Below are positions 30,189-38,904 of a stretch of DNA of 64,000 nt, piece by piece. Source of the DNA: Pseudomonadota bacterium. Lineage in GTDB: Bacteria > Pseudomonadota > Gammaproteobacteria > Burkholderiales > Burkholderiaceae_C. The stretch's first letter is position 1. Every line of letters starts with the position of its first letter. The translations under genes were made by a program, and so were the position numbers. The notes beneath the pieces are model-generated. The model was not told the origin of the DNA, did no database searches, and saw only the letters and a list, made by a program, of their open reading frames with translations. The stretch spans positions 1,449-65,448 of the forward strand of contig JAZKHH010000009.1 in assembly GCA_040385465.1 (NCBI GenBank), read 5' to 3'.

Positions 30189-31025
30189 TCAGGGGTCCAC
30201 CATCAACTGGCGGTCCGACACCGGCATGCCACTGACGATCCGGCCGGTCTCTGTGCGCACGCGCGCAGGCTGACCTTCGATGCCGGGGGTCAGCGCCTGA
30301 CCTTGGCTGACCACTGAGAAGCCGCTTCCCGACGCCACCACCTTGACCGTGTCGCCGACGGCAAACCACTGACGCGCTTTGACGTGCGACTGCCGCACGC
30401 TCTGCCCCAAGGCCAAGGCCCGGGCCAGGGTACGGCCTTCAAGCGCGTTCGGATCGAGCACGGCCGGCGAGGCATCGATCACCAGATCGACCTCGCCCAT
30501 GGCCACGTCCTGGGCCGACAGCACCGCGCCGGCGGCCACGTTGGACACCGCCACCAAGCCGCGCCCGAACACCTGGATGCGCACCGGCACCGACACGTTC
30601 CAGGCCGTAGGGCCTTCGGTGCAGCGCAGGCCGATGCGTGTGGCGCCGCTGAGCCGCGCGCCGGGAGGCAAGTAGGGCGCCACCTGAGTGCAAGGCGACA
30701 AGCGCAAGCGCGCGTCGAGCGCGCCGATCTCCACGTGCACACGGGGTGCGGGTGTGTTCTTCAAGGCGGTGGCGTTGCGCACCACCGGCTGCGACTGCAT
30801 GGCTTCAAGCGTGAACAAACGCACGCTTTCACGCCACGCCGGCGCCATGGCCTCGGGTGCCGTGGCGGGCGTCGCGGTTGCAGGTTGGGACTGCGCGGTG
30901 CCCGATGCGAACAACAGGGCCACCGCGAACGCGGCACACCACAACAGCACGACCTGGCCCACGACGCGCCACACGCGCTGCCATTGCGCGCGGCGGTCTG
31001 GCTTCGGGCCCATGGGCCTGTTCAT
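30189..31025 (-). CDS. flgA: Flagellar P-ring assembly chaperone FlgA
   Basis: Signal/TM segment (VVLLWCAAFAVALLFASGTAQS) and a C-terminal SAF-like domain (ALALGQSVRQSHVKARQWFAVGDTVKVVASGSGFSVVSQGQALTPGIEGQPARVR). Divergent from flgB. Confidence 0.85.
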   Translation of the reverse strand: MNRPMGPKPDRRAQWQRVWRVVGQVVLLWCAAFAVALLFASGTAQSQPATATPATAPEAMAPAWRESVRLFTLEAMQSQPVVRNATALKNTPAPRVHVEIGALDARLRLSPCTQVAPYLPPGARLSGATRIGLRCTEGPTAWNVSVPVRIQVFGRGLVAVSNVAAGAVLSAQDVAMGEVDLVIDASPAVLDPNALEGRTLARALALGQSVRQSHVKARQWFAVGDTVKVVASGSGFSVVSQGQALTPGIEGQPARVRTETGRIVSGMPVSDRQLMVDP

Positions 31026-31210
31026 GTGCAACCCCCCGCATTCATGTCGTTGTTCACACTGTAGAGGCCCAAGGGGTCGAAGGGGGGGTGAATTGAGCCG
31101 TCATTGTCTTGTTTATCCGGCTCATGTTTTCAGCCTGTCTCCACACAATGAGCCATGCCTTCCAAAAGGTTTTCCAAGGGGGTCTGGGACCAACGTCCCG
31201 GCTGATTCAG

Positions 31211-31618
31211 ATGTTGAACAAGTTGACGCAATCGGTGGATTTCCAAGGCCAGGCACTGGTGCTTCGCTCCGAGCGACAGCGCGTGTTGGCCAGCAACATT
31301 GCCAATGCCGACACGCCGGGCTACGCCGCCCGCGACATGAACTTCAACCAGGCGCTGCAGCAGGCCACCGGCAACTTGAAAGCCTCGGCGGCGGTGGCGG
31401 TCAGCGCGCCAGGCCACATCGGTGGGCGCTCCACGGCCAGCACCGTGTCGTCGAACCTGACGTATGCCGCGCCAAGCCAGAACAACCTCGACGGCAACAG
31501 CGTCGACATGGACCGCGAGCGCGCCAGCATCGCCGACAACTCGATCAAGTACGAAGCCACCCTGCGCTTCATCAACAGCAATGTGCGCACCATGCTCGAG
31601 GCCATCAAGGGCCAATGA
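31211..31618 (+). CDS. flgB: Flagellar proximal rod protein FlgB
   Basis: MLNKLTQSVDFQGQALVLRSERQRVLASNIANADTPGYAARD... Confidence 0.92.
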   Translation: MLNKLTQSVDFQGQALVLRSERQRVLASNIANADTPGYAARDMNFNQALQQATGNLKASAAVAVSAPGHIGGRSTASTVSSNLTYAAPSQNNLDGNSVDMDRERASIADNSIKYEATLRFINSNVRTMLEAIKGQ

Positions 31619-31661
31619 GCACGCATTTATCAGCACGCATCGCTGAAACGGAGCCTTCACC

Positions 31662-32102
31662 ATGTCCATGCTGAACATCTTCAACGTCTCGGGCAGCGCC
31701 ATCAGTGCGCAAAGCCAGCGGCTCAACGTGGTGGCTTCCAACCTGGCCAACGCCGACACCGTGGCCGGCCCCAACGGCAGCGCCTACAAGGCCCGCCAGG
31801 TCACTTTTCAAAGTCAACTGATGGGGCAGCTGGGCGGTGGTGCCAGCGCCTTGGGTGGGGAGGGCGCTGCGGCCGGCGTGACGGTGAGCAACATCAGCGA
31901 AGACCAGACGCCCGGCCGCCGCGTCTACGACCCCAAGCACCCGCAATCGGATGGCGAAGGGTACGTGACCTACAGCAACGTGAACGCGGTCGAAGAGATG
32001 GTCAACATGATCTCGGCCTCGCGCTCTTACCAGAACAACGTCGAAGTGATGAACACCGCCAAGACCTTGTTGCTCAAGACCTTGCAGATGGGCGGTTCGT
32101 GA
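31662..32102 (+). CDS. flgC: Flagellar proximal rod protein FlgC
   Basis: SGSAISAQSQRLNVVASNLANADT... and a C-terminal VNMISASRSYQNNVEVMNTAKTLLLKTLQMG. Confidence 0.93.
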   Translation: MSMLNIFNVSGSAISAQSQRLNVVASNLANADTVAGPNGSAYKARQVTFQSQLMGQLGGGASALGGEGAAAGVTVSNISEDQTPGRRVYDPKHPQSDGEGYVTYSNVNAVEEMVNMISASRSYQNNVEVMNTAKTLLLKTLQMGGS

Positions 32103-32163
32103 GCCTCGCCGCCACGCACCGACCTTGTGACAGCCCACTGAACGACAGCACACGGAGAACCCC

Positions 32164-32838
32164 ATGGCCACTTCATCGGTGACATCCCCCCTGGCAGGCT
32201 TGCCCGCCACCACCACCACCGGCACCCCGGCGTCTGCCGCACCCGTGGAAGACGCGAATGCGTCGGCCGACCGCTTCTTGAAGCTGCTGGTGGCGCAGAT
32301 GCAGAACCAGGACCCGCTCAACCCGATGGACAACGCGCAGGTCACCAGCCAAATGGCGCAGATCAACACCGTCAACGGCATTGAAAAGCTCAACTCGGGC
32401 TTGCAGGGTTTGTCCAGCCAGTTCATGCAGCTGCAGGTGATGCAGGGCACCGCCCTGGTCGGGCGTGACGTGGTGGTGCCAGGCAACCATGTGGCGGTGG
32501 CCGAAGGCGTGGGCCGCGGCGGCTTCGAGCTGGCGGGCTCGGCCAGCACCGTCAAGGTGGAGATCAAATCCACCACCGGCCAGGTCATCGACACGATCGA
32601 GTTGGGCGCGCATGGCGCCGGGGTGCACACCTTTGACTGGGACGCCAGCAAGGCGGCCGGCATCGACCCGGCCAACCTGCGTTTCAAGGTCACGGCGGCC
32701 ACCGGCGGGGTGAGCAAAGAAGCTTCGCCGCTGATGATGGACCGGGTGAACTCCATCAGCACCAGCGGCAAGGCGCTGAACCTGGAGCTGGCCATTTCCG
32801 GCTCGGTCGCCTACAGCGATGTGAAAGCGTTCAACTGA
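32164..32838 (+). CDS. flgD: Flagellar hook capping protein FlgD
   Basis: FLKLLVAQMQNQDPLNPMDNAQVTSQMAQINTVNG motif. Confidence 0.92.
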   Translation: MATSSVTSPLAGLPATTTTGTPASAAPVEDANASADRFLKLLVAQMQNQDPLNPMDNAQVTSQMAQINTVNGIEKLNSGLQGLSSQFMQLQVMQGTALVGRDVVVPGNHVAVAEGVGRGGFELAGSASTVKVEIKSTTGQVIDTIELGAHGAGVHTFDWDASKAAGIDPANLRFKVTAATGGVSKEASPLMMDRVNSISTSGKALNLELAISGSVAYSDVKAFN

Positions 32839-32935
32839 CGGTGTGCTGCCCGCGCCCGTCTTGCTCTTTACCGTCATCTTCTCCTTCTTCTGTTCGTCTG
32901 TCTCACCTGCTCGTTTGTCAAAGTAGAGGTCCCAC

Positions 32936-34213
32936 ATGAGTTTCCAACAAGGTCTTTCTGGTCTCAATGCCACCGCCAAAAACCTGGAGGTGATTGGCAA
33001 CAACGTCGCCAACTCCAACACCTTCGGTGCCAAGGCCTCACGTGCCGAGTTTGCCGACCTCTACGCCACGGCGCTGAACGGCTCCGGGGTGAACAACACC
33101 GGCATCGGCGTCATGCTGAGCGCGGTGTCGCAGCAATTCACCCAGGGCAACACGGTGACCACCGACAACCCGATGGACCTGGCGCTCAACGGCAACGGCT
33201 TTTTCGAAGTGTCCAACGGCAACGGGCCGGTGAGCTACACCCGCAACGGCCAGTTCAAGGTCGACCGCGACGGCTTCATCGTCAACAACAACCGTGAAAA
33301 GCTGATGGGCTACCTGGCCGATGGCGCCGGCACCATCCAGCCGGGCCAGGCCGTGCCCCTGCAGGTGCCCACGGTGGGCATCACGCCGGCGGCCACCGAC
33401 CGCATCAAGCTCGACGTCAACCTGGATGCGCGTGCCGCCGTGACCGCACCGGCCGACCCCAACACCGTGCCGCAGATCGACCTGCTCGACGCCACCACGT
33501 ACAACAACGCCACCTCGGTGTCGGTCTACGACGTCAAGGGCCAAGACGTGTCCCTGGTGTACTTCTTCCAGAAGGCCTCCACCGACACTTGGAACGTGTA
33601 CGTTACCGCCAACGGCACGCCGGTGGTGGACGATGGTGCCGGCAACCCCTTGCCCTCGACCACGATTACCTTTCCGGCCGACGGCAGTTCCCCGACCTCG
33701 CCGGCGAATGGCCTGACGACCATCGACCTGCCGAGCACCACCAACAGCGTTGGGGCCACGACCGAGCCGATCTTGGGCATCGCCCTGAACCTGGCCGGTG
33801 CCACCCAATACGGCGCCAACTTTTCGGTGACGGACTTGTCGCAGAACGGCTATGCGCCAGGTCAGCTGACCGGCATCCAGTTTGAGTCGAACGGAGTGAT
33901 CACGGCGCGCTACTCCAACGGCCAGTTCAAGGCCGCCGGCCAGGTCGAAATCGCCAACTTCCGCAACCCGCAGGGCCTGCAAGCCCAGGGTGGCAACACC
34001 TGGGCCCGCACCTTCGCATCGGGCGACCCCATCGTCGGCACCCCGGGCGACGGCAACCTGGGCGCGCTGTTGTCGGGCGCCTTGGAAGCTTCGAACGTCG
34101 ACCTGACGGCCGAGCTGGTGAACATGATCACCGCCCAGCGCACCTACCAGGCAAACGCTCAGACCATCAAGACCCAAGACCAGGTGCTGCAGACCCTGGT
34201 GAACCTGCGCTGA
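32936..34213 (+). CDS. flgE: Flagellar hook protein FlgE
   Basis: MSFQQGLSGLNATAKNLEVIGNNVANSNTFGAK... and a C-terminal LVNMITAQRTYQANAQTIKTQDQVLQTLVNLR. Confidence 0.93.
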   Translation: MSFQQGLSGLNATAKNLEVIGNNVANSNTFGAKASRAEFADLYATALNGSGVNNTGIGVMLSAVSQQFTQGNTVTTDNPMDLALNGNGFFEVSNGNGPVSYTRNGQFKVDRDGFIVNNNREKLMGYLADGAGTIQPGQAVPLQVPTVGITPAATDRIKLDVNLDARAAVTAPADPNTVPQIDLLDATTYNNATSVSVYDVKGQDVSLVYFFQKASTDTWNVYVTANGTPVVDDGAGNPLPSTTITFPADGSSPTSPANGLTTIDLPSTTNSVGATTEPILGIALNLAGATQYGANFSVTDLSQNGYAPGQLTGIQFESNGVITARYSNGQFKAAGQVEIANFRNPQGLQAQGGNTWARTFASGDPIVGTPGDGNLGALLSGALEASNVDLTAELVNMITAQRTYQANAQTIKTQDQVLQTLVNLR

Positions 34214-34265
34214 CCGCACAGGCGTTTGAAGCTGAACCGTTCTTTCGCACACAGGGAGCCGTCAC

Positions 34266-34988
34266 ATGGACCGCATGATCTACCTCTCGATGTCGGGCGC
34301 CAAGGCGACCATGCAACGTCAGGACAGCCTGGCCAACAACCTGGCCAATGCGTCCACGGTGGGCTTTCGGGCCGAGCTGCAGGCGTTCCGGTCGGTACCC
34401 GTCGAAGGCGGCGGTGCCAGCACCCGGGTGTTCGCCCTGGAATCGACCCCAGGCTACAACGGCGACGCCGGCCCCATCAGCAACACCAGCCGCCCGCTGG
34501 ACGTGGCCATGAAGGGCAACGCCTGGCTGACGGTCCAGGGGCTGGACGGCACCGAGGCCTACACCCGCGCCGGCTCGCTGATGCTGTCGGCCGACGGCAC
34601 CTTGAGCACCGCGGCCGGCCTGCCGGTGCTGGGCGACGGCGGCCCGATCCAGGTGCCTCCGAACAGCGACGTCAGCATCGGCCAGGACGGCACGGTCAGC
34701 GCCAGCACCAACGGCCGCTCGACGCAGGTGGGCCGGCTGAAGATGGTCACGCCCGAGGTCGCGCTGATCCGCGGCGAGGACGGCTTGTTCCGCAACCTCG
34801 GCGGCGACCTGCCGGCCGACGACACGGCGCAGCTGCAAAACGGCGCGCTGGAAGGCTCCAACGTCAGCCCGGTGGAAAGCATGGTGGCCATGATTTCCGC
34901 GGCGCGCCAGTTCGAGGCGCAGATGAAGATGCTGCAGACCGCTGAGAGCAACGAGAAAGCGGCCACCCAGCTGCTGGCCCTGAACTGA
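34266..34988 (+). CDS. flgF: Flagellar proximal rod protein FlgF
   Basis: MDRMIYLSMSGAKATMQRQDSLANNLANASTVGFR... and a C-terminal MVAMISAARQFEAQMKMLQTAE. Confidence 0.92.
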   Translation: MDRMIYLSMSGAKATMQRQDSLANNLANASTVGFRAELQAFRSVPVEGGGASTRVFALESTPGYNGDAGPISNTSRPLDVAMKGNAWLTVQGLDGTEAYTRAGSLMLSADGTLSTAAGLPVLGDGGPIQVPPNSDVSIGQDGTVSASTNGRSTQVGRLKMVTPEVALIRGEDGLFRNLGGDLPADDTAQLQNGALEGSNVSPVESMVAMISAARQFEAQMKMLQTAESNEKAATQLLALN

Positions 34989-35022
34989 ATTTCTTGATCG
35001 ACTTGTCGAAGGAGTCCACGCC

Positions 35023-35805
35023 ATGATGCGTTCACTGTGGGTCGCGAAAACCGGCATGGAAGCCCAGCAAAATCAGCTGGACGCCATCTCTCACAACCTC
35101 GCCAACGTCTCGACGAACGGCTACAAGCGTTCGCACGTGGTGTTCGAGGACCTGATGTACCAGAACATGCGCCAGCCGGGGTCGAACAGCACCGAGCAAA
35201 CGACGCTGCCCACCGGCCTGCAAGCCGGTCTGGGCACGCGCGCGGTGGCCTCGTCACGGGTGTTCACCCAAGGCGGCTTCTCGCAGACCAGCAACCCGCT
35301 GGACATGGCGGTGCGCGGCAACGGCTTCTTTGAAGTCCAGATGCCCGACGGCACCACCGGCTACACCCGCGACGGGGCTTTCCAGGTCAACGCGCAGGGC
35401 CAGATGGTCACCAACAACGGCTATTTGCTGACGGCCGGCATCACCGTGCCGGCCAATGCGCAGACCTTGACGGTCGGCAGCGACGGCACGGTGAGCGTGA
35501 CCTTGCCGGGCCAGCCGACGCCGCAGGCGGTGGGGCAAATTCAGCTGGCCAACTTCATCAACCCGGCCGGCTTGGAGCCGAAGGGGCAGAACCTGTTCAC
35601 CGAGACGGCCGCTTCGGGCGCGCCGGCCACGGGCGTGCCGGGCACCAACAGCTTGGGCACCGTGCAGCAGGGCTTCGTTGAGACCTCCAACGTCAACGTG
35701 GTGGAGGAGCTGGTGGCGATGATCCAGACCCAGCGCGCCTACGAGTTGAACTCCAAGGCCATCCAGACCTCCGACCAGATGCTGCAGCGCCTGAGCCAGC
35801 TGTGA
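35023..35805 (+). CDS. flgG: Flagellar distal rod protein FlgG
   Basis: MMRSLWVAKTGMEAQQNQLDAISHNLANVSTNGYKR... and a C-terminal LVAMIQTQRAYELNSKAIQTSDQMLQRL. Confidence 0.94.
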   Translation: MMRSLWVAKTGMEAQQNQLDAISHNLANVSTNGYKRSHVVFEDLMYQNMRQPGSNSTEQTTLPTGLQAGLGTRAVASSRVFTQGGFSQTSNPLDMAVRGNGFFEVQMPDGTTGYTRDGAFQVNAQGQMVTNNGYLLTAGITVPANAQTLTVGSDGTVSVTLPGQPTPQAVGQIQLANFINPAGLEPKGQNLFTETAASGAPATGVPGTNSLGTVQQGFVETSNVNVVEELVAMIQTQRAYELNSKAIQTSDQMLQRLSQL

Positions 35806-35898
35806 TCGACACAGCGCTCGAGTTGACTTGAGTTGAGTTGAACCGCCGCAGGCGACAGTTGTCAGTGATTTTCAGTTGAACACCCCGGGAGCAAGGCC

Positions 35899-36582
35899 AT
35901 GAAGTTCACCACCCTGATGGGACTGGCCGCCACGGCCGCGCTGCTGGGGGGCTGCCAGATGATGAACCCCGCTCCGAAAGTGGACGTGGCCGAGCCGATC
36001 TACGTGCGCCCCGTGCCCGTGGTGGTGCCGGTGGTCAACAACGGCGCGATCTTCCAGGCCACCCAATACCGTCCCTTGTTCGAGGACCACCGGGCCCGCC
36101 TGGTGGGCGACACGATCACCGTGCGCATTGCGGAAAAAGTCTCCGCCACCCAGACCAACTCGAGCAAGGTCGACAAGAGCGGCTCAGTTAACGCCGGCCT
36201 CACGGCCTTGCCAGGCATTGCCTCGAATTCCTTCACCAACGGCCGCCTGGCCGCCGCCGGCACCTCGGCCAATGCGTTCGAGGGCAAGGGCAGCACCGAA
36301 AGCTCGAACGACTTTGCCGGCACCATCACCGCGGTGGTCATCGACGTGTTGCCCAACGGGCACCTGCTGATCGCCGGCGAGAAGCAGATTGGGGTCAATC
36401 ACAACGTCGACGTGCTGCGGTTTTCGGGGCAAGTCGACCCGCGGGCCATCCAATCCGGTAATAGTGTGCAATCGGCGCAGATCGCGAATGTTCGCATCGA
36501 AAACCGCGGTCGCGGGGCCCAGGCGGAGGCCCAAGGAACTGGGTGGTTAGCGCGTTTCTTTTTGAACGTTCTGCCGATTTAA
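35899..36582 (+). CDS. flgH: Flagellar L-ring lipoprotein FlgH
   Basis: Lipobox ALLGGC, plus LFEDHRARLVGDTITVRIAEKVSA and ITAVVIDVLPNGHLLIAGEKQI. Confidence 0.93.
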   Translation: MKFTTLMGLAATAALLGGCQMMNPAPKVDVAEPIYVRPVPVVVPVVNNGAIFQATQYRPLFEDHRARLVGDTITVRIAEKVSATQTNSSKVDKSGSVNAGLTALPGIASNSFTNGRLAAAGTSANAFEGKGSTESSNDFAGTITAVVIDVLPNGHLLIAGEKQIGVNHNVDVLRFSGQVDPRAIQSGNSVQSAQIANVRIENRGRGAQAEAQGTGWLARFFLNVLPI

Positions 36583-36612
36583 GTTTCCCCACAATGGGTC
36601 ATCAGCGAATGG

Positions 36613-37752
36613 ATGGCCCACATGAACAAGACCGAGAAGTTTTTACGCGCCTTGATCGTCCTGGCCACCGTGCTGGCCAGTGCAGCGGTCTGGTGGCCCA
36701 CACAAGTCCAGGCAGCCCGCATCAAGGAAGTCGCCTCGGTGCAGGGTGTGCGGACCAACCAGCTGGTGGGCTACGGCCTGGTGGTCGGCCTCGACGGCAC
36801 GGGTGACCAGACCACCTCCGCCCCCTTCACCTCGCAAAGCATCAACGCCTTGCTGCAGCAAATGGGCGTCACGGTGCCGGCCGGCACCAACATGCAACTC
36901 AAGAACGTGGCGGCCGTGATGGTGACCGCGCAGTTGCCGCCCTTCGCCCAGCCGGGCCAAAACATCGACATCAACGTGTCGTCACTGGGCAATGCCAAAA
37001 GCTTGCGCGGCGGCACCCTCATCGCCACGCCGCTCAAAGGCGCGGACGGCCAGGTCTATGCCCTCGCCCAAGGCAACCTGATGGTCGGCGGGGCAGGGGC
37101 CTCGGCCGGCGGCTCGAAAGTGCAGATCAACCACCTGAGCGCGGGGCGCATCCCCGAAGGCGCCACGGTGGAGCGCGCGGTGCCCACGCCGCTGAACCAG
37201 GGCGACCACATGCAGCTGGACTTGAACGCCAGCGACTTCAGCACAGCGCGCGAAGTCGCCCGGGCCATCAACACCCGCATGGGCAGCGGCATTGCCCAGG
37301 CGGTCGACGGCCGGGTGGTGCGCGTGAAAATGCCGGCCGACAGCGATGCCCGCGTGGCCTTCATGGCCGACATCGAGAACCTGCCGATCACGCTGGCCTC
37401 GCCTTCGGCCAAGATCGTCATCAACGCGCGCACCGGCTCGGTGGTCATGAACCAGGCCGTCACCCTGGCGGCGTGCGCGGTGGCCCACGGCAGCCTGTCG
37501 GTCACGATCAACTCCACGCCCGTGATCAGCCAGCCGGCCCCGTTCTCGCAAGGCCAAACGGTGGTCAGCGAGCGGGCCGACATCACCATCCGCCAGGAAC
37601 CCGGCACCCTGATCCAGTTGCCGTCTGGCACCAAGCTGGCCGACGTCGTCAAAGCGCTCAACTCGCTGGGCGCCACCCCGCAGGACCTGCTGGCCATCTT
37701 GCAGGCCATGAAGTCCGCGGGCGCCTTGAACGCTGACATCGAGGTGATTTGA
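36613..37752 (+). CDS. flgI: Flagellar P-ring protein FlgI
   Basis: Signal peptide, then ARIKEVASVQGVRTNQLVGYGLVVGLDGTGDQT... The start could equally be the ATG at 36622. Confidence 0.93.
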   Translation: MAHMNKTEKFLRALIVLATVLASAAVWWPTQVQAARIKEVASVQGVRTNQLVGYGLVVGLDGTGDQTTSAPFTSQSINALLQQMGVTVPAGTNMQLKNVAAVMVTAQLPPFAQPGQNIDINVSSLGNAKSLRGGTLIATPLKGADGQVYALAQGNLMVGGAGASAGGSKVQINHLSAGRIPEGATVERAVPTPLNQGDHMQLDLNASDFSTAREVARAINTRMGSGIAQAVDGRVVRVKMPADSDARVAFMADIENLPITLASPSAKIVINARTGSVVMNQAVTLAACAVAHGSLSVTINSTPVISQPAPFSQGQTVVSERADITIRQEPGTLIQLPSGTKLADVVKALNSLGATPQDLLAILQAMKSAGALNADIEVI

Positions 37753-38879
37753 TGACCGCTTCCAACCTCCAGATGGGCAGCGGCCTGCGGCTGCTCAACA
37801 GCACGCCCACCCAGGGCCTGGCGTCCGACACCCGCAGCGTGGACGCCTTGCGCTCCACCGCGGCACGCGACCCCAAGGCCGCCATCAAAGACACCGCCAA
37901 GCAATTTGAAGCGCTTTTCATGCAGGAACTCATGAAAAGCATGCGCCAGGCCAATGTGTCGTCGGGCATGCTGGACAACGCCGGCAGCAAGATGGGCACC
38001 GACATGCTCGACACGCAGTACGCCAACCTGATGACCGGCATGCCCGGTGGGCTGAGCGAAGCCATCACCCGCCAGCTGGAGCGCCAGATGGGCGCCAAGG
38101 AGGCCGCCGCCACGTCGCTGAGCGATGCCGATCGGGAGCCGGGCATGGACACGGCGCCCCCGGAGGTCAACACCGTGCTGCCGGCATTCGGCCTGCTCAA
38201 GCCTGGCCAACTGGCACCCTTGCGCAGCCCACCGGCCATCGACCAAAACGCCTTGGCTTCGCGCATGGCCGCACCCAGCGCGACACCCGGTGCGACATCA
38301 CCCGCCATCTCCCCGCTGCCAGCGGCCCACGTGACACCGTTGAGCCGGCCGGCTGCGCCGGCCGCCGCAGTGGGCAAGGCCGCGCCGCCACTGACGGCCA
38401 GCCAAGTGAACCAGGCCCAGTTCGTGCAAAGGCACACGACGGCTGCCAACGCCGCCTCCCTTGAGACCGGCGTGCCGGCCAGCTTCATGGTGGCGCAAGC
38501 GGCCCATGAGTCGGGCTGGGGCCGGCGCGAGATCAAGATGCCGGACGGCAGCAATTCCTTCAATGTCTTCGGCATCAAGGCCGGGGGCCAGTGGACGGGC
38601 AAGGTGGCCGAGGTCACCACCACCGAGTACATCAATGGCCAGCCGCGCAAAGTGGTGGCCAAGTTCCGCGCCTACGACTCCTACGACGCTGCGTTCAAGG
38701 ATTACGCGCGCATGCTCAAGACCAGCCCGCGTTACAGCCAGGTGGTGGCCAACGCCAGCACCGCAGCGGGCTTTGCCCAAGGCTTGCAGCGCGCCGGCTA
38801 TGCCACCGACCCCGCCTATGCCGACAAGCTGACCCGGGTCATCAACACCACCATGCGCTTGCAGCGCATGGTGACGTGA
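37752..38879 (+). CDS. flgJ: Flagellar rod assembly protein / peptidoglycan hydrolase FlgJ
   Basis: ATG overlaps the flgI TGA (TGATG). N-terminal rod-binding motif AAKQFEALFMQELMKSMRQ, an Ala/Pro-rich linker, and a C-terminal glucosaminidase-like domain (MVAQAAHESGWGRRE...FNVFGIKAG...YATDPAYADKL). Confidence 0.9.
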   Translation: MTASNLQMGSGLRLLNSTPTQGLASDTRSVDALRSTAARDPKAAIKDTAKQFEALFMQELMKSMRQANVSSGMLDNAGSKMGTDMLDTQYANLMTGMPGGLSEAITRQLERQMGAKEAAATSLSDADREPGMDTAPPEVNTVLPAFGLLKPGQLAPLRSPPAIDQNALASRMAAPSATPGATSPAISPLPAAHVTPLSRPAAPAAAVGKAAPPLTASQVNQAQFVQRHTTAANAASLETGVPASFMVAQAAHESGWGRREIKMPDGSNSFNVFGIKAGGQWTGKVAEVTTTEYINGQPRKVVAKFRAYDSYDAAFKDYARMLKTSPRYSQVVANASTAAGFAQGLQRAGYATDPAYADKLTRVINTTMRLQRMVT

Positions 38880-38904
38880 ACGACACCGCACCAGGAGCCA
38901 TGCC

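Noticed and set aside
38820-38827. GCCGACAA (7/8 match to the sigma-28 -10 box) inside the flgJ 3' end, as a possible flgK promoter
   Set aside because: No TAAA-like -35 element at the required 15-nt spacing (the sequence there is TGCC).
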